A stretch of DNA of 64,000 nt, from the NCBI GenBank assembly GCA_963699755.1, contig CAVOVB010000001.1:1600001-1664000 (forward strand). The letters are read 5' to 3'. Shown here piece after piece: positions 51,439 through 62,527 of the stretch; within the stretch, counting starts at the first letter, position 1, and each line of letters opens with the position of its first letter. The translations under genes and the position numbers were made by a program. The notes under the pieces are model-generated. The model searched no databases and was not told where the DNA came from. It saw only the letters and a list, made by a program, of their open reading frames with translations. Source of the DNA: an uncultured delta proteobacterium. GTDB lineage: Bacteria; Myxococcota_A; Polyangia; Polyangiales; Houyiibacteriaceae.

Positions 51439-53136
51439 TCAGAGGCGGTACGGGAAGGTGACCTTGAACGATGACTGCTTGAACCGGGGAACGCGAGCGC
51501 GCTTCACCGCCGACTCGATGCAGGAGCCGACCGGGGTGCCTTTGAAGGGCCCTGAAGCGACCTTGGCGCCACTGGCGCGGCCGGTCTTTCCGCTGAACGT
51601 GACGTTGACGGTCGCTGTTCCGCCGCTGTCTTTCTTGCACGCCTTCACACCGCCACTCACACCCTGAAGCGCGGTCTTCACGTCGTCTCGTGACGGCGCG
51701 TCGGGTAGGCTGGAGCTGTCCCGGCTCGAGGATGTGCTGGTTTGCTTCGGCTTTGTCGTCGAAGACGAGCCTCCCACGACCTCGTCCATGAGTGCGTCGA
51801 GGTTGCCGCCGCGCTTCTTGGGCGCCGGCTCGGGCTCAGGCGACGCGCTCGTCGTGCTCTTGGCCGTTCGCGGCCGTCGCTGCGTGTTGCTTGCGCGTCG
51901 CTTCTGGGGCGCCGCCTCCACCAACTCGGGTGCGGGCTCCGGCGCGTTGTCCTCGATCGTTGCGGCTTCGATCGGCTCCGCGGCCTCTGCGGCAGCGAGC
52001 GCCTCATTCGGAAGCTCGACGGGCGCCTTTGCAGAGGCTGCGACTGCATTGGAGCCCGGGATCGCGGCGGCGGGTGCGGCTTGGTTTTCCGCCGTGATCT
52101 CGAGCGCGTCTTCCTCGGAGCCTCCGAGCGCCATCCCGACGCCGACTCCCGCGCCGACGATCGCGATGACCGCGATCGCGATGCCGCCGATCCAGAGCCA
52201 GCGGTTCCCGTATGCACTGTCATCGGGTGCCGGTCCGAGCAGCGGCGCGCCAAACGCAGCACCGCCACCGGTTCCGATGGCCAGAAGATCATCCACCGCC
52301 TGGGAAGGCGCAGCGCGGGTGCCCGGCGTCGTAGATTTCGCGAGCGCACGTATGTCGATGAGCCCCGAACCTTCCCCGGACGGAGGAGGGGCGCTTTGAG
52401 CGCCAAGTGACGCACTGGGAGGCTGGCTCACCATCGCAGCGGATTCAGCAGGCGAGCCGCCGCGCGACGCGAGCTGTTGCAGATTGCTCAACGAGAACAG
52501 AACCGAATTCTCATTGCGTTGGCCAGTCATACGCTGAGGTTCGGTCCCGCCCATCGAACCCCCTCCGAGCGAAGCGCCTGCATCCGGGGACGCTGCTGCC
52601 ATCGGTGGGCCTTCGACTCCAACCGGTGTCGGTGTCGGGCTCTCGTCAAAGCCGGCAAACATGCTGCTGTTCGTGTCGATCTCGCTCGTCGGCTCGCGGC
52701 CATCGTTGTTGCCGAAGAGATCACCACCTGTACCAAACCCCAACGTGTCGTCCGTTGCTGCCTGCGGTTTGGCCCGCGACGCGGCGCCGCCAAAGAGCTG
52801 CGCGATCTCGGGCACGTCGCTTGCGACCCTCCAGTCGTCGAAGCCTTCGTTCCAAACGTAGGACTCGAGACCAACGCTGCCCTTCGCAAACAGTTGACTG
52901 AGGTCTATCGGAGCCAAGGGCCCCTTCTGCTCACCGTCGACGACGATGTACCAAGTCGCTTCGCCTCCGCGATCCGATGTCGCGCTCTGTTCGTTGCCAG
53001 CGTTCGCGTTGTTCTGATCGCCGCGAACCTCGAGAACCGATGAGCACTTCTTGCATCGAATCTTGAAGATTTTTCCAGCGACCTTTTCGTCGGCGATGGA
53101 GTATTTCGCCCCGCAGCTATCGCAAACGATCTTCAT
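51439..53136 (-). CDS. Zinc-ribbon, GYF_2, TM and TonB-C-like protein (GltJ/AgmX-like gliding motility family)
   Basis: MKIVCDSCGAKY...IRCKKC; WYIVVDGEQKGP...VWNEGFDDW; ENSVLFSL and SGLIDIR motifs; C-terminal C...C...VTFPYRL. Confidence 0.8.
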   Translation of the reverse strand: MKIVCDSCGAKYSIADEKVAGKIFKIRCKKCSSVLEVRGDQNNANAGNEQSATSDRGGEATWYIVVDGEQKGPLAPIDLSQLFAKGSVGLESYVWNEGFDDWRVASDVPEIAQLFGGAASRAKPQAATDDTLGFGTGGDLFGNNDGREPTSEIDTNSSMFAGFDESPTPTPVGVEGPPMAAASPDAGASLGGGSMGGTEPQRMTGQRNENSVLFSLSNLQQLASRGGSPAESAAMVSQPPSASLGAQSAPPPSGEGSGLIDIRALAKSTTPGTRAAPSQAVDDLLAIGTGGGAAFGAPLLGPAPDDSAYGNRWLWIGGIAIAVIAIVGAGVGVGMALGGSEEDALEITAENQAAPAAAIPGSNAVAASAKAPVELPNEALAAAEAAEPIEAATIEDNAPEPAPELVEAAPQKRRASNTQRRPRTAKSTTSASPEPEPAPKKRGGNLDALMDEVVGGSSSTTKPKQTSTSSSRDSSSLPDAPSRDDVKTALQGVSGGVKACKKDSGGTATVNVTFSGKTGRASGAKVASGPFKGTPVGSCIESAVKRARVPRFKQSSFKVTFPYRL

Positions 53137-53316
53137 CTATTGCCCCCGTCTCCTCTCCCCCCAAGAGCGCTCGACAGACACCTCGAGCTGCTCCGGATCG
53201 AAGAATCCCCTTTAGGACCGCGATCATAGCGGTCCTTTCCTATGCCAAGCAAGAAGTCCACCAAGGTTGTTCCCGCGTCATTGGACCCCGGCTCCTTGGA
53301 ATCCTTGGCCTTTTTT

Positions 53317-53853
53317 TCAGTTTACCACCACGAGCTCGGTGCCGTCCTGGCCGCAGAACAGGTGGACCGAAGCGTGGCGAATCCCACATTCCGGGCAGAT
53401 CTTGTGCGTGTCGAGCCTCAGGGGAGGGCGGGTCGAGCTCGCGGCACCGTAGAGGCCATATGGCACCAATTCGTCCGCATCTTCAGGGCAATAGCTCGAA
53501 TCAAAGGGATAGCCGCGCCGGCAGGTCGGGCAGATCATGCCCTGCGCGAACGGCCCCGAGGCATGGCCTTCCATCAGCTCGGCCCCGTCCCGGACACAGA
53601 AGCGATTCTGGGTCGGATACTCCGAGAGACACACCGGGCAGCTCTTGAATGGGGCGGGGTCGGGCTCCTCCGCCGGCTGCGAGGCGCGAGCTCGGGGGCT
53701 TTCTCCCTGCAGGTCGGGACGCTTGCCACCGGGCGGCTCTTTCGACTGCCTCTGCCGACCGCGCCGGAGCCGTGCCGGCACCACCAACGCGACAGCGAGC
53801 ATCACCAAAGCAGCGACGGACCAGGCCATCTCGGAATTGTGCAGGATCGGCAA
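53317..53853 (-). CDS. Membrane-anchored protein with three zinc-ribbon-like repeats
   Basis: CPVC-x10-CVRDG, CPTC-x10-CPEDA, CPEC-x10-CGQDG. Confidence 0.72.
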   Translation of the reverse strand: MPILHNSEMAWSVAALVMLAVALVVPARLRRGRQRQSKEPPGGKRPDLQGESPRARASQPAEEPDPAPFKSCPVCLSEYPTQNRFCVRDGAELMEGHASGPFAQGMICPTCRRGYPFDSSYCPEDADELVPYGLYGAASSTRPPLRLDTHKICPECGIRHASVHLFCGQDGTELVVVN

Positions 53854-53886
53854 GCCCCGGGGCCATAAAAACGCAATCCGCGACGC

Positions 53887-53917
53887 AAAAGCCCGGGACG
53901 CTTGGCGACCCGGGCTT
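53887..53917 (-). terminator. Probable intrinsic terminator after etfA
   Basis: AAGCCCGGG...CCCGGGCTT stem followed by a T run on the minus strand. Confidence 0.6.
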
Positions 53918-53945
53918 CTTCTGTGGAGCGCTACCGCCGAGAGGC

Positions 53946-54908
53946 TTAGAGCTTTTTGACCGCCTCGGTGAGTGCAGGGACCGTGTCGAATAGATCGGCG
54001 ACCAGGAAGTAGTCCGCGACCTGGGCGATCGGCGCTTCCTTGTCCTTGTTGATCGCGACGATGGTCTTGCTCCCCTTCATCCCAGCCAAGTGCTGGATCG
54101 CTCCCGAGATGCCGATGGCAACGTAGAGCTTCGGCGCGACGACCTTACCCGTCTGACCGACCTGGAGCTCCGGGGCCACGTAGCCGGCGTCGCATGCCGC
54201 ACGCGACGCGCCCATCGCGGCGCCGAGCGCATCGACGAGTGGCTCGATGACGTTGGTGAAGTTCTCCGCGCTCTTGAGCGCACGGCCTCCCGAAACGACG
54301 ATGTCGGCATCGCCAAGATCGGGTCGTTCGCTCTTGACGACCTCGACCCCAAGGAACTCGACCTTGTCCGCGGCCGGGTCGGTCTGCACGGCGATGTCTT
54401 CCGAGGGGCTCGTACCTCCCGAAGCCGCGGCCGGCTCGAACTCCGACTGGCGAACGGTCACGACCTGCTTGTCGGTCAGAATCTCGACTGTGCCAAACAT
54501 GTTGCCCGCGTACATCGGACGTGTGTACGACAGCTTGCCGCCGTCGGTATGGACTTCGGAGATGTCCGAGGCGACGCCCGCGCCGAGCTTGGCAGCCACC
54601 CGCGGGAGCAAGTCCTTGCCGTACGCGCTGGCACAAGCGACGAGAACATCATAGCCCTTGCCCGCTTCTGCGACGGTCGCCGCGTACTTCTCGCAGGTGT
54701 AGCCGCCCGCAATCTCCGCCTTCAGCACCTTGCCTGCGCCGTATCCCGTCAGCTCGTCTGCTGCGGCGCCTGCGCCTTCTCCGATCGACAGGATGTCGAA
54801 CGAACCGCCGGTTTCTCCCGCGATTTGTTTCGCGGCGGTGACCGCACAAAGAGTGGTTTTGCGTGCCTTGCCCTCAAGCAACTCCGCAACAACGAGAACA
54901 TTAGCCAT
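53946..54908 (-). CDS. etfA: Electron transfer flavoprotein alpha subunit
   Basis: [34 protein letters not shown]. Confidence 0.97.
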   Translation of the reverse strand: MANVLVVAELLEGKARKTTLCAVTAAKQIAGETGGSFDILSIGEGAGAAADELTGYGAGKVLKAEIAGGYTCEKYAATVAEAGKGYDVLVACASAYGKDLLPRVAAKLGAGVASDISEVHTDGGKLSYTRPMYAGNMFGTVEILTDKQVVTVRQSEFEPAAASGGTSPSEDIAVQTDPAADKVEFLGVEVVKSERPDLGDADIVVSGGRALKSAENFTNVIEPLVDALGAAMGASRAACDAGYVAPELQVGQTGKVVAPKLYVAIGISGAIQHLAGMKGSKTIVAINKDKEAPIAQVADYFLVADLFDTVPALTEAVKKL

Positions 54909-54938
54909 GTCTGATGCTTCCTTTCCGTTTCTCGAGGG

Positions 54939-55790
54939 TTAGATGACCTTGGCGGTGTTGTGGAGCTTGTCGACGAGGTCCGCGACGTCCTCGACAAACG
55001 TAGTCTGGCCCGAGCGCGCCGGCGGCAGCTCGAACTTCGTGTAGTTGAGCGACTTCGCGGTGTCGACGCCGAGGTCCCCGAGCGACATCTGGTCGATCGG
55101 CTTCTTCTTGGCCTGCATGATCCCCTTGAGCGAGGCGTAGCGGCCGCCGACTTCGAGTTTTGCGTACTGGTGGTCGTCGGGAGTCACGCCATTTTTGACC
55201 GATTCCGGTTGCAGGATGCGGTCGGAAGTGGTGATGACCGCCGGACCGGTGACTTTCACCGTCGCAACGCCAGTATCGAGCTCGCGCTTGACCTCCAGGG
55301 TCTTGCCGTCATCGCTGGTCTGAATCTTCATTGCAGAGTTGATGACCGGCCAGCCAAGCTTCTCCGCGAGCTCGGTGCCGGCGACGTTCGAATCGCCGTC
55401 AGCTGCCTGCTTGCCCATCACGACCAGGTCCGGGCTCTCTTTGTCCACGATGGCCTTGAGGATCGTGGAAACGACGCCGGCGTCGAGATTGCCCTCGTCC
55501 GCTTCGACCAGGATGCCGCGCTCGGCGCCCTTGGCGAGACCTTCACGGATGATCCGCTGCGTGTGCTCGTCGTTCGGGCCGATCGAAACCAGCACGACCT
55601 CACCGACGCGCGCGTTTTTCTCGGCGGCGTTTTCGGTCAATCGCAGCGCAGCTTCGAGGCTCCAGTCATCGAAGGGATTCATCTTCCATTCGAGGCCTTC
55701 GGATGTGACGGCGGTGCCGTCGCTGCTCACCTTGAGCTTGCTTGCGTTGTCCGGATCCGCAACGCGCTTGATGGATACGAGGATCTTCAC
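54939..55790 (-). CDS. etfB: Electron transfer flavoprotein beta subunit
   Basis: KILVSIKRV, MNPFD, GKQAADGD, RYASLKGIMQAKKKP. Confidence 0.96.
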   Translation of the reverse strand: MKILVSIKRVADPDNASKLKVSSDGTAVTSEGLEWKMNPFDDWSLEAALRLTENAAEKNARVGEVVLVSIGPNDEHTQRIIREGLAKGAERGILVEADEGNLDAGVVSTILKAIVDKESPDLVVMGKQAADGDSNVAGTELAEKLGWPVINSAMKIQTSDDGKTLEVKRELDTGVATVKVTGPAVITTSDRILQPESVKNGVTPDDHQYAKLEVGGRYASLKGIMQAKKKPIDQMSLGDLGVDTAKSLNYTKFELPPARSGQTTFVEDVADLVDKLHNTAKVI

Positions 55791-55847
55791 ACTTCCTCCT
55801 CAGATCGTTGAGCCGTGAAAGGCTGTTAACTGCTGAAAATCGCAGGC

Positions 55848-55876
55848 GATCTAGGAGCGTTTTGGAGGGCTGTCAA
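55848..55876 (-). promoter_or_regulatory. Sigma70-type promoter of etfBA
   Basis: Minus strand TTGACA-N17-TAGATC. Confidence 0.55.
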
Positions 55877-55941
55877 GGAGCGCGGCCCGGCGCCCGGCCC
55901 TCGGTGCCTTTCACCCCGCTTCGCTGTGCTAGAAGCCCATC

Positions 55942-56805
55942 GTGCGCGAGGAAACCAAAGCCACTCGCTTCGCCTTGGTGACCGGTGGGAGCAGCGGCAT
56001 CGGTCTCGAAACCGCGCGTGGCCTTAGCTCGCGCTTCGATGTCGTGGGCATCGTTGGGCGGAATGCGGAGCGCCTCGCAGACGCCGCCAAAGCGCTGCGT
56101 TCCGGTTCAATCGGGCGCATCGAGACCTTTCGGGCAGATTTCTCTTCGTTGGCACAAGTGCAGCGATTGGCCTGGGAGGTCAGAAACCGTTTCGGATCGC
56201 TCGATGTCCTAGTCAACAACGCTGGCGTCTGGCACAGAGAACGCACGGTCAGCAAAGACGGATACGAGGACACCTTCGCCGTGAACCACCTCGCCCATTT
56301 CCTGCTCACGAACGAGCTGAGGGACACACTTCGCGCCAGCGGTAGAGCGCGGGTCGTGAACGTTTCCTCTTCGATGCACGTCCGACCGAAGTCCCTCAAC
56401 TGGGATGACCTGACGTTCGAGAAGCGCTGGCGGGGCTTCTGGGTCTACGGGCACTCCAAGCTTGCGAACATCCTTTTTTCGAACGAGCTCGCGCGCCGTT
56501 GGAAGGACTTCGGGATCACCTCCAACGCCCTCAACCCAGGCAACGTCCGCAGTCGTATCACGCGGAACAACATGTTCCTCAACGCGCTCCACCGCTCGCC
56601 CCTTGCGCGGATGATCGTCATGTCCGAGGCCGAGGGCGCCAAGACTTCGATCTACGTGGCAACAGCGCCCGAGCTCGAAGGCGTCACAGGCCGGTACTTC
56701 GACAGAGTGCGTGAGGCCAAGGCAAGCCGCGCCTCGGCAGATGAAGAAGCAGCGCAGCAGCTCTGGGAGCGGAGCCAAGAGATGATCGATGCCGTGGTCG
56801 GTTAG
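55942..56805 (+). CDS. Short-chain dehydrogenase (retinol-DH-like)
   Basis: TGGSSGIG, NNAG, FAVNHLAHF, YGHSK. Confidence 0.92.
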   Translation: MREETKATRFALVTGGSSGIGLETARGLSSRFDVVGIVGRNAERLADAAKALRSGSIGRIETFRADFSSLAQVQRLAWEVRNRFGSLDVLVNNAGVWHRERTVSKDGYEDTFAVNHLAHFLLTNELRDTLRASGRARVVNVSSSMHVRPKSLNWDDLTFEKRWRGFWVYGHSKLANILFSNELARRWKDFGITSNALNPGNVRSRITRNNMFLNALHRSPLARMIVMSEAEGAKTSIYVATAPELEGVTGRYFDRVREAKASRASADEEAAQQLWERSQEMIDAVVG

Positions 56806-56844
56806 CCGCGCCGCGGCGGAGCGCAAAGACCCGACAACGGAGGG

Positions 56845-57678
56845 TCAATCTTCGAGCGGGTTCTCGAACTCTGGACTTAGCGTCTTGAGTGGGTGGCGCG
56901 CGGTGACTTGTCCCATGAAGGGCGGATGAATCGAGTAACCCAGCATGGCCTGCACGCGCGGCGACATGTGCGCGACCTTCTCGGCAGGGACCGCCAGAAA
57001 GAAATTCTCCTGGGTGCGCGCCCAGGGCTGGCAGTACTGATTGCTGATCGCTCGGCGCACCGCGCTTGAACGATTCGTGCCGCCGCGGTGCACGAGCGTT
57101 CCGGCAAACACGGCGCACGAGCCTGCCGACATGGTCAGCGGCCGAAGCTGCGCCTGGTGGTGCGGCGCCAACCCATCGGCATCATCGCGGTCGTAGAACT
57201 TGCCGAGCTCCTCGTCCGTCCAGCGGTGACTCCCTGCGATGACTTCCGTTGCGCCGTTCGTTTCGGTGAAGTCGTCGATGGCCCACATGGTCGAGACGCT
57301 GACCGCGGGACGTGGCCGCGGGATGGTGTAAAACTCGTCGTCGCTATGCGCGGGTTGAGGAGTTTCGCCCGGTGCAATCGCGATCGCTTGATTCGCGGTG
57401 AGCAGATAGTTGGGTAGCAGGAGCTCGTCCATCATCGAAAGCACCACGGGATGCTCCACGAGCTTTTCGAATACCTTCCCGCGCGCCACCAATGTGTAGA
57501 CCCGCTGGGTCTTTGTACCCTCGAAGTCGTTGCGGCCCGACGGGCCTTGGGCGAGAAGCGGCGCGAGCGCATCGCGGACCTCCCTCAGCTCATCTTCGTT
57601 CAGCAAAGCGTCCAGTACGACATAGCCATTGGCATCGTAGGCTTCCTGCCAGGTCTGGTCTCGTCCTGAGGAAATCAT
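56845..57678 (-). CDS. Phytanoyl-CoA dioxygenase (PhyH) family protein
   Basis: QPAHSDD (HxD), NGATEVIAGSH, LVHRGG, RRA. Confidence 0.9.
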   Translation of the reverse strand: MISSGRDQTWQEAYDANGYVVLDALLNEDELREVRDALAPLLAQGPSGRNDFEGTKTQRVYTLVARGKVFEKLVEHPVVLSMMDELLLPNYLLTANQAIAIAPGETPQPAHSDDEFYTIPRPRPAVSVSTMWAIDDFTETNGATEVIAGSHRWTDEELGKFYDRDDADGLAPHHQAQLRPLTMSAGSCAVFAGTLVHRGGTNRSSAVRRAISNQYCQPWARTQENFFLAVPAEKVAHMSPRVQAMLGYSIHPPFMGQVTARHPLKTLSPEFENPLED

Positions 57679-57708
57679 GGTTTTGGGCTCGCCTCCCGAT
57701 GCACTCCG

Positions 57709-58287
57709 CTAGCGCTGACGAAGACCTTCGAGAAAGAGGCTGGCGCAATGTGCAGCGGCTTTGCGCAGCGCGGCCGGGTCACCTTCCCCTAGCGCCCAGG
57801 TGAGCAAAATCGCATCCAAGGCGCCGAACAAGCTTCGCGCGACGATGCGAGGATTGAGGTCTTTGCGAAACGCGCCTTCTTTCTGCCCGTCGCGCACGAC
57901 CCCTGCGATCACATCGATGTACTGCATGAAGAGCGGTGTCGCGTACTGCTTGAGGAGGCGCGACGATTGCCGAAGGTTCACCGTGATCACCTCGGCCAAG
58001 TCGCGCTGCTCCTCGAGCAAGCCGAGCTGCAGCTCGATGATTCGGCTGATGCGTTTCTCAAACGAGTCCTCGGATTCCGCGACTTTGCGCAGGATCGTCA
58101 GCAGCTGCTCGATCCCTTCCTCGAAGATGGTGATGAGGACATCGTCCTTGTTCTTGAAGTAGAGGTAGATCGTGCCGTCCGCGACGCCGGCAGCCTTTGC
58201 AATCTCGCTGACCCGAGTCGCGTAGAAGCCGTTCTTGGCGAAAACCTGAATCGCGGCCTTGAGGATCCGGTCCCGTTTCTCCGGCAT
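57709..58287 (-). CDS. TetR-family regulator (FadR/YsiA-like)
   Basis: KRDRILKAAIQVFAKNGF...IAKAAGVADGTIYLYFKNKDD; ELRQS-like VNLRQS. Confidence 0.9.
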   Translation of the reverse strand: MPEKRDRILKAAIQVFAKNGFYATRVSEIAKAAGVADGTIYLYFKNKDDVLITIFEEGIEQLLTILRKVAESEDSFEKRISRIIELQLGLLEEQRDLAEVITVNLRQSSRLLKQYATPLFMQYIDVIAGVVRDGQKEGAFRKDLNPRIVARSLFGALDAILLTWALGEGDPAALRKAAAHCASLFLEGLRQR

Positions 58288-58311
58288 GGAGCCTTTTCGC
58301 TTCTTGGCCGT

Positions 58312-58329
58312 TGAATGAACCACCATTCA
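58312..58329. promoter_or_regulatory. Palindromic TetR operator TGAATG-N6-CATTCA (FadR-box-like)
   Basis: TGAATGAACCACCATTCA, 24 nt upstream of the TetR start. Confidence 0.7.
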
Positions 58330-58481
58330 TTTTCCGGTACCACAGGCTTACGCTCCCCGTCAAACCAGGTCTCCCGCCATCGCGAAGATGGAACCCAGTG
58401 CTACGGAATCATGGGGTTTTGGGCCCCAAGGGCCCGTAGGTTTTTTGCCTGCGCTGGCCGCGCCCCGTAGCTTCGGAGACG

Positions 58482-58850
58482 ATGCTGCAAGGCGCACACC
58501 GTGAAACTCTTCTTCCGGTGGCGCTCTACGCCGAGCTCGTCGCCGATGACGAGGTCTTGCCGGCCTTCGTGACCAGCCTCGGGGAGCACGGCTTGATGCT
58601 CGATTCGCTGGCGATTCTGGGCAATCGGAGCAGCGACCGTTTGCAAATTCGGCTCACCCTCCCGGGGGAGCCAGAGCCGCTGTGGATTGGCGCAGAGGTC
58701 GTTCGCGATACGCATGGTTTCCTCTTCAACGATACGGCCATTCGTTTCTTGGCCATGGCGAACGCGCATTGGCATTCGCTTCGTCGCTGGGTTCGTGTCC
58801 GAGAGCTCGTCTTGGCGACCCGACCGGTCGGCATCCACGACGCCGCTTAG
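58482..58850 (+). CDS. PilZ-like domain protein (degenerate)
   Basis: SLGEHGL, LTLPGEPEPLWIGAEVVR, AIRFLAM, typical of myxobacterial PilZ domains. Confidence 0.6.
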   Translation: MLQGAHRETLLPVALYAELVADDEVLPAFVTSLGEHGLMLDSLAILGNRSSDRLQIRLTLPGEPEPLWIGAEVVRDTHGFLFNDTAIRFLAMANAHWHSLRRWVRVRELVLATRPVGIHDAA

Positions 58851-58892
58851 TGAACACCTTTGAGCTCTGGTTGCTACCCTGAAAGAGGGGAC

Positions 58893-60139
58893 ATGGCAGT
58901 CAGTCTAGAGAGCGAGCCAGCACCAGGTTCATGTAGCCCGGATGCGCCGAGGACTCGGGCCCGTGCGCGTACACGCGCGCGGCTGAACCCGTTTGCCGGG
59001 GGCCTGCTGCCCACGGGTTCGCCCTTTGGCTGGAACGCCTGCGACCGCTCGCTCTACGTGCAGTTTCTCACCGCGCTTCTGATGCTGATCGTGGCCTTCT
59101 CCTTTGCCGCACTCGATGGCTGGCCCTTCCTGCTCCAGCGCCCCGACGACGAAGTGGCGTTGCGTACGACAACGAACCTCGCGATTGCCGCTCTGCTCTT
59201 CTGGCTCGGATTCTACGCCTGGACTCGGCGATTCTGCGTGCGTCGGGGGAGCAAAAACTCGCGGCTTCTCCTGGCCACCATCGCGGCGCACATCGTGACT
59301 GGGACGGCGGTCTGCTACGCGCTCGGTCCCGTATACAGCGGTCAGCGGCTTGATCACCGTGGCCGCGCTGCTTTTGGGAATGGTGCTTCTCGAGCGCCGC
59401 TGGCTCTGGATAGCCGTCGGGGCCTGGCTGCTGTCGATGTCCTGGATGCACCTGGCGAGCAGGGCTGGCCTGCTTCCGTTCTTGTCGTTGTTCGAGGTCT
59501 CGTTCGAGCAACCGGAGATCGCGAAGGTCGCCGCGGAGCGCGCCGTCGCCGCGGCGCTCATCTACATTCCGCTCGCGGTCGTCATGGATCACCTGATCCG
59601 CGTCTGGCGCGAGGACGAGCGGTCTGCTTTCCGACGCGGCGCAATTCGACTCGTTGACCGGCGCTTACACGCGGGGATTTGCCATGAGCGTCATGGAACG
59701 CGCCGTGCTCAAGGCCGGGCGTGACGGTGCACCATTGGCGGTCCTGATGCTGGACTTGGACCACTTCAAACGAATCAACGACGCGCACGGGCACGCACGT
59801 GGTGACCTGGTGCTCCGGCAAACGACCCGCGCGATGCAATCCGCTTTGCGCGCCGGTGACATGATCGGGCGTTTCGGAGGAGAGGAATTCGTCGTTCTCC
59901 TGCCAGGGGCAGACCTCAAGCAAGCGATGGGCGCGGCCGAGCGCTGCCGGGCCGCAGTTCAGATCATGAAGATCCCGAACGCGCCCTACCTGTCGGTGAC
60001 CGCGAGCGTCGGGGTGGCTGCGTTTCCCGAGCACGGAGAGGCGCTCGATGCGCTCCTCAAGGCGTCCGATAGCGCGATGTACAAGGCGAAGGCCAACGGC
60101 CGGAACAGGATTGAGACGGCTCCGGGTTCATCGGAGTAG
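58893..60139 (+). CDS. Membrane-bound diguanylate cyclase (GGEEF), interrupted by about 2 frameshifts
   Basis: TM segments in two successive frames, then DSLTGAYTR, DLDHFKRINDAHGH..GD, RAGD I-site, RFGGEEF; shifts near 59340 and 59630. Confidence 0.8.
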
Positions 60140-60151
60140 CGAAAGGTAGTC

Positions 60152-60553
60152 ATGTGTAAAATTTTGTATGCAATTGGCCTGCTCCTCGTTTCAGGGGCGG
60201 CCGCGGGGTGTGGCGATGGCAGCACGGAGGCGGACCGGCTCGGGGTCGGCGCCCAGTGCACGGGGACCGCGGAGTGCCCGGCGGAGATGACCTTCGAGCT
60301 CGAGTGTCTCACTCAGTTCAAGGGAGGCTATTGCGGGCTTGCGGGCTGCGAGGGCGATGCGGACTGTCCTGCGGGTTCCGCCTGTGTGACCCACGATGAC
60401 CTCGAAAACTACTGCTTTCGGATCTGCCTGAATAAATCGGAGTGCAACGTGAATCGCGCCCCCGAGAATGAGTCCAACTGCTCCGCCAATATCGACTTCG
60501 TTGACCCACAGGGTGACCTGAAAGCGTGTGTGCCTCCGTCCTCAGGCCTTTGA
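60152..60553 (+). CDS. Cys-rich lipoprotein
   Basis: Lipobox AAGC; GGYC, CPAGSAC repeats. Confidence 0.75.
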   Translation: MCKILYAIGLLLVSGAAAGCGDGSTEADRLGVGAQCTGTAECPAEMTFELECLTQFKGGYCGLAGCEGDADCPAGSACVTHDDLENYCFRICLNKSECNVNRAPENESNCSANIDFVDPQGDLKACVPPSSGL

Positions 60554-60565
60554 GCCCCGATTCCC

Positions 60566-60594
60566 TTGACTTCGCGGGGGTCGGCACGTAGACC
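60566..60594 (+). promoter_or_regulatory. Sigma70-type promoter of the tRNA-tuf operon
   Basis: TTGACT-N17-TAGACC followed by a GC-rich discriminator. Confidence 0.55.
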
Positions 60595-60609
60595 AGCCGC
60601 CGCCGTCAT

Positions 60610-60682
60610 GCTGGCGTAGCTCAATTGGTAGAGCACCGGTTTTGTAAACCGGCGGTTATGAGTTCAAGTCTCATCGCCAGCT
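60610..60682 (+). tRNA. tRNA-Thr(TGT)
   Basis: Cloverleaf; anticodon arm CCGGT-TTTGTAA-ACCGG. Confidence 0.95.
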
Positions 60683-60706
60683 CTACTCGAAAACACGAAT
60701 GACCAT

Positions 60707-60792
60707 GGAGGGTTGCCCGAGCGGTCAAAGGGAGCAGACTGTAAATCTGCCGGCTTATGCCTACGGTGGTTCGAACCCACCACCCTCCACCA
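60707..60792 (+). tRNA. tRNA-Tyr(GTA)
   Basis: GCAGA-CTGTAAA-TCTGC, long variable arm, encoded CCA. Confidence 0.96.
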
Positions 60793-60813
60793 GGAGATGA
60801 AACAAACGATTAC

Positions 60814-60886
60814 GCGGGTGTAGCTCAGTTGGTAGAGCCTCAGTTTTCCAAACTGAATGTCGCCGGTTCGAGCCCGGTCGCCCGCT
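60814..60886 (+). tRNA. tRNA-Gly(TCC)
   Basis: TCAGT-TTTCCAA-ACTGA; acceptor GCGGGTG/CGCCCGC. Confidence 0.95.
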
Positions 60887-60903
60887 CCCGCAAATCAGAC
60901 TAT

Positions 60904-60975
60904 GCCCAGGTAGCTCAGTGGTAGAGCACCCCCTTGGTAAGGGGGAGGTCGTGAGTTCAAGTCTCATCCTGGGCT
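60904..60975 (+). tRNA. tRNA-Thr(GGT)
   Basis: CCCC-TTGGTAA-GGGG anticodon arm; acceptor GCCCAGG/CCTGGGC. Confidence 0.95.
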
Positions 60976-61036
60976 CCGCAGGTTTCGTGGGTTCAAGCAA
61001 CCACACTCAGAAGAACGACGAAGTAGGAAACGAACG

Positions 61037-62227
<1,191 letters not shown>

Positions 62228-62265
62228 CGCGGTGGACGTGAGACAGACAGGGACCCCGTAGAACA

Positions 62266-62427
62266 TTGAGTGACAGGCGGGTCAAGGTCGCGCTCGCGTG
62301 CGAAGACTGCGGGGCGCGCAACTACCAGACGACGAAGCTGAGAAAGCCCGGGCAGAAGGAGAGGCTGACGCTAAAAAAGTTCTGTCCCAAATGCAACCGG
62401 CGCACGGAACACAAAGAGAGTAAATAG
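62266..62427 (+). CDS. rpmG: 50S ribosomal protein L33 (Zn-binding CxxC form)
   Basis: Hand translation from TTG: MSDRRVKVALACEDCGARNYQTTK...RLTLKKFCPKCNRRTEHKESK. Confidence 0.92.
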   Translation: MSDRRVKVALACEDCGARNYQTTKLRKPGQKERLTLKKFCPKCNRRTEHKESK

Positions 62428-62438
62428 GACCCGCATCT

Positions 62439-62512
62439 AGGCCAGTAGCTCCAATTGGTAGAGCAGCGGATTCCAAATCCGCGGGTTGTGGGTTCGAATC
62501 CCTCCTGGCCTG
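62439..62512 (+). tRNA. tRNA-Trp(CCA)
   Basis: GCGGA-TTCCAAA-TCCGC; canonical position between rpmG and secE. Confidence 0.95.
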
Positions 62513-62527
62513 CCGCGAGGAACAACG

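Noticed and set aside
53232..53249. TTGGCATAGGAAAGGA as a sigma54 promoter for the GltJ-like gene
   Set aside because: It lacks the -12 GC dinucleotide.
60610..60975. tRNA cluster as an integration site for a genomic island
   Set aside because: No integrase and no duplicated tRNA 3' end is visible; the gene order is the canonical tufB locus.
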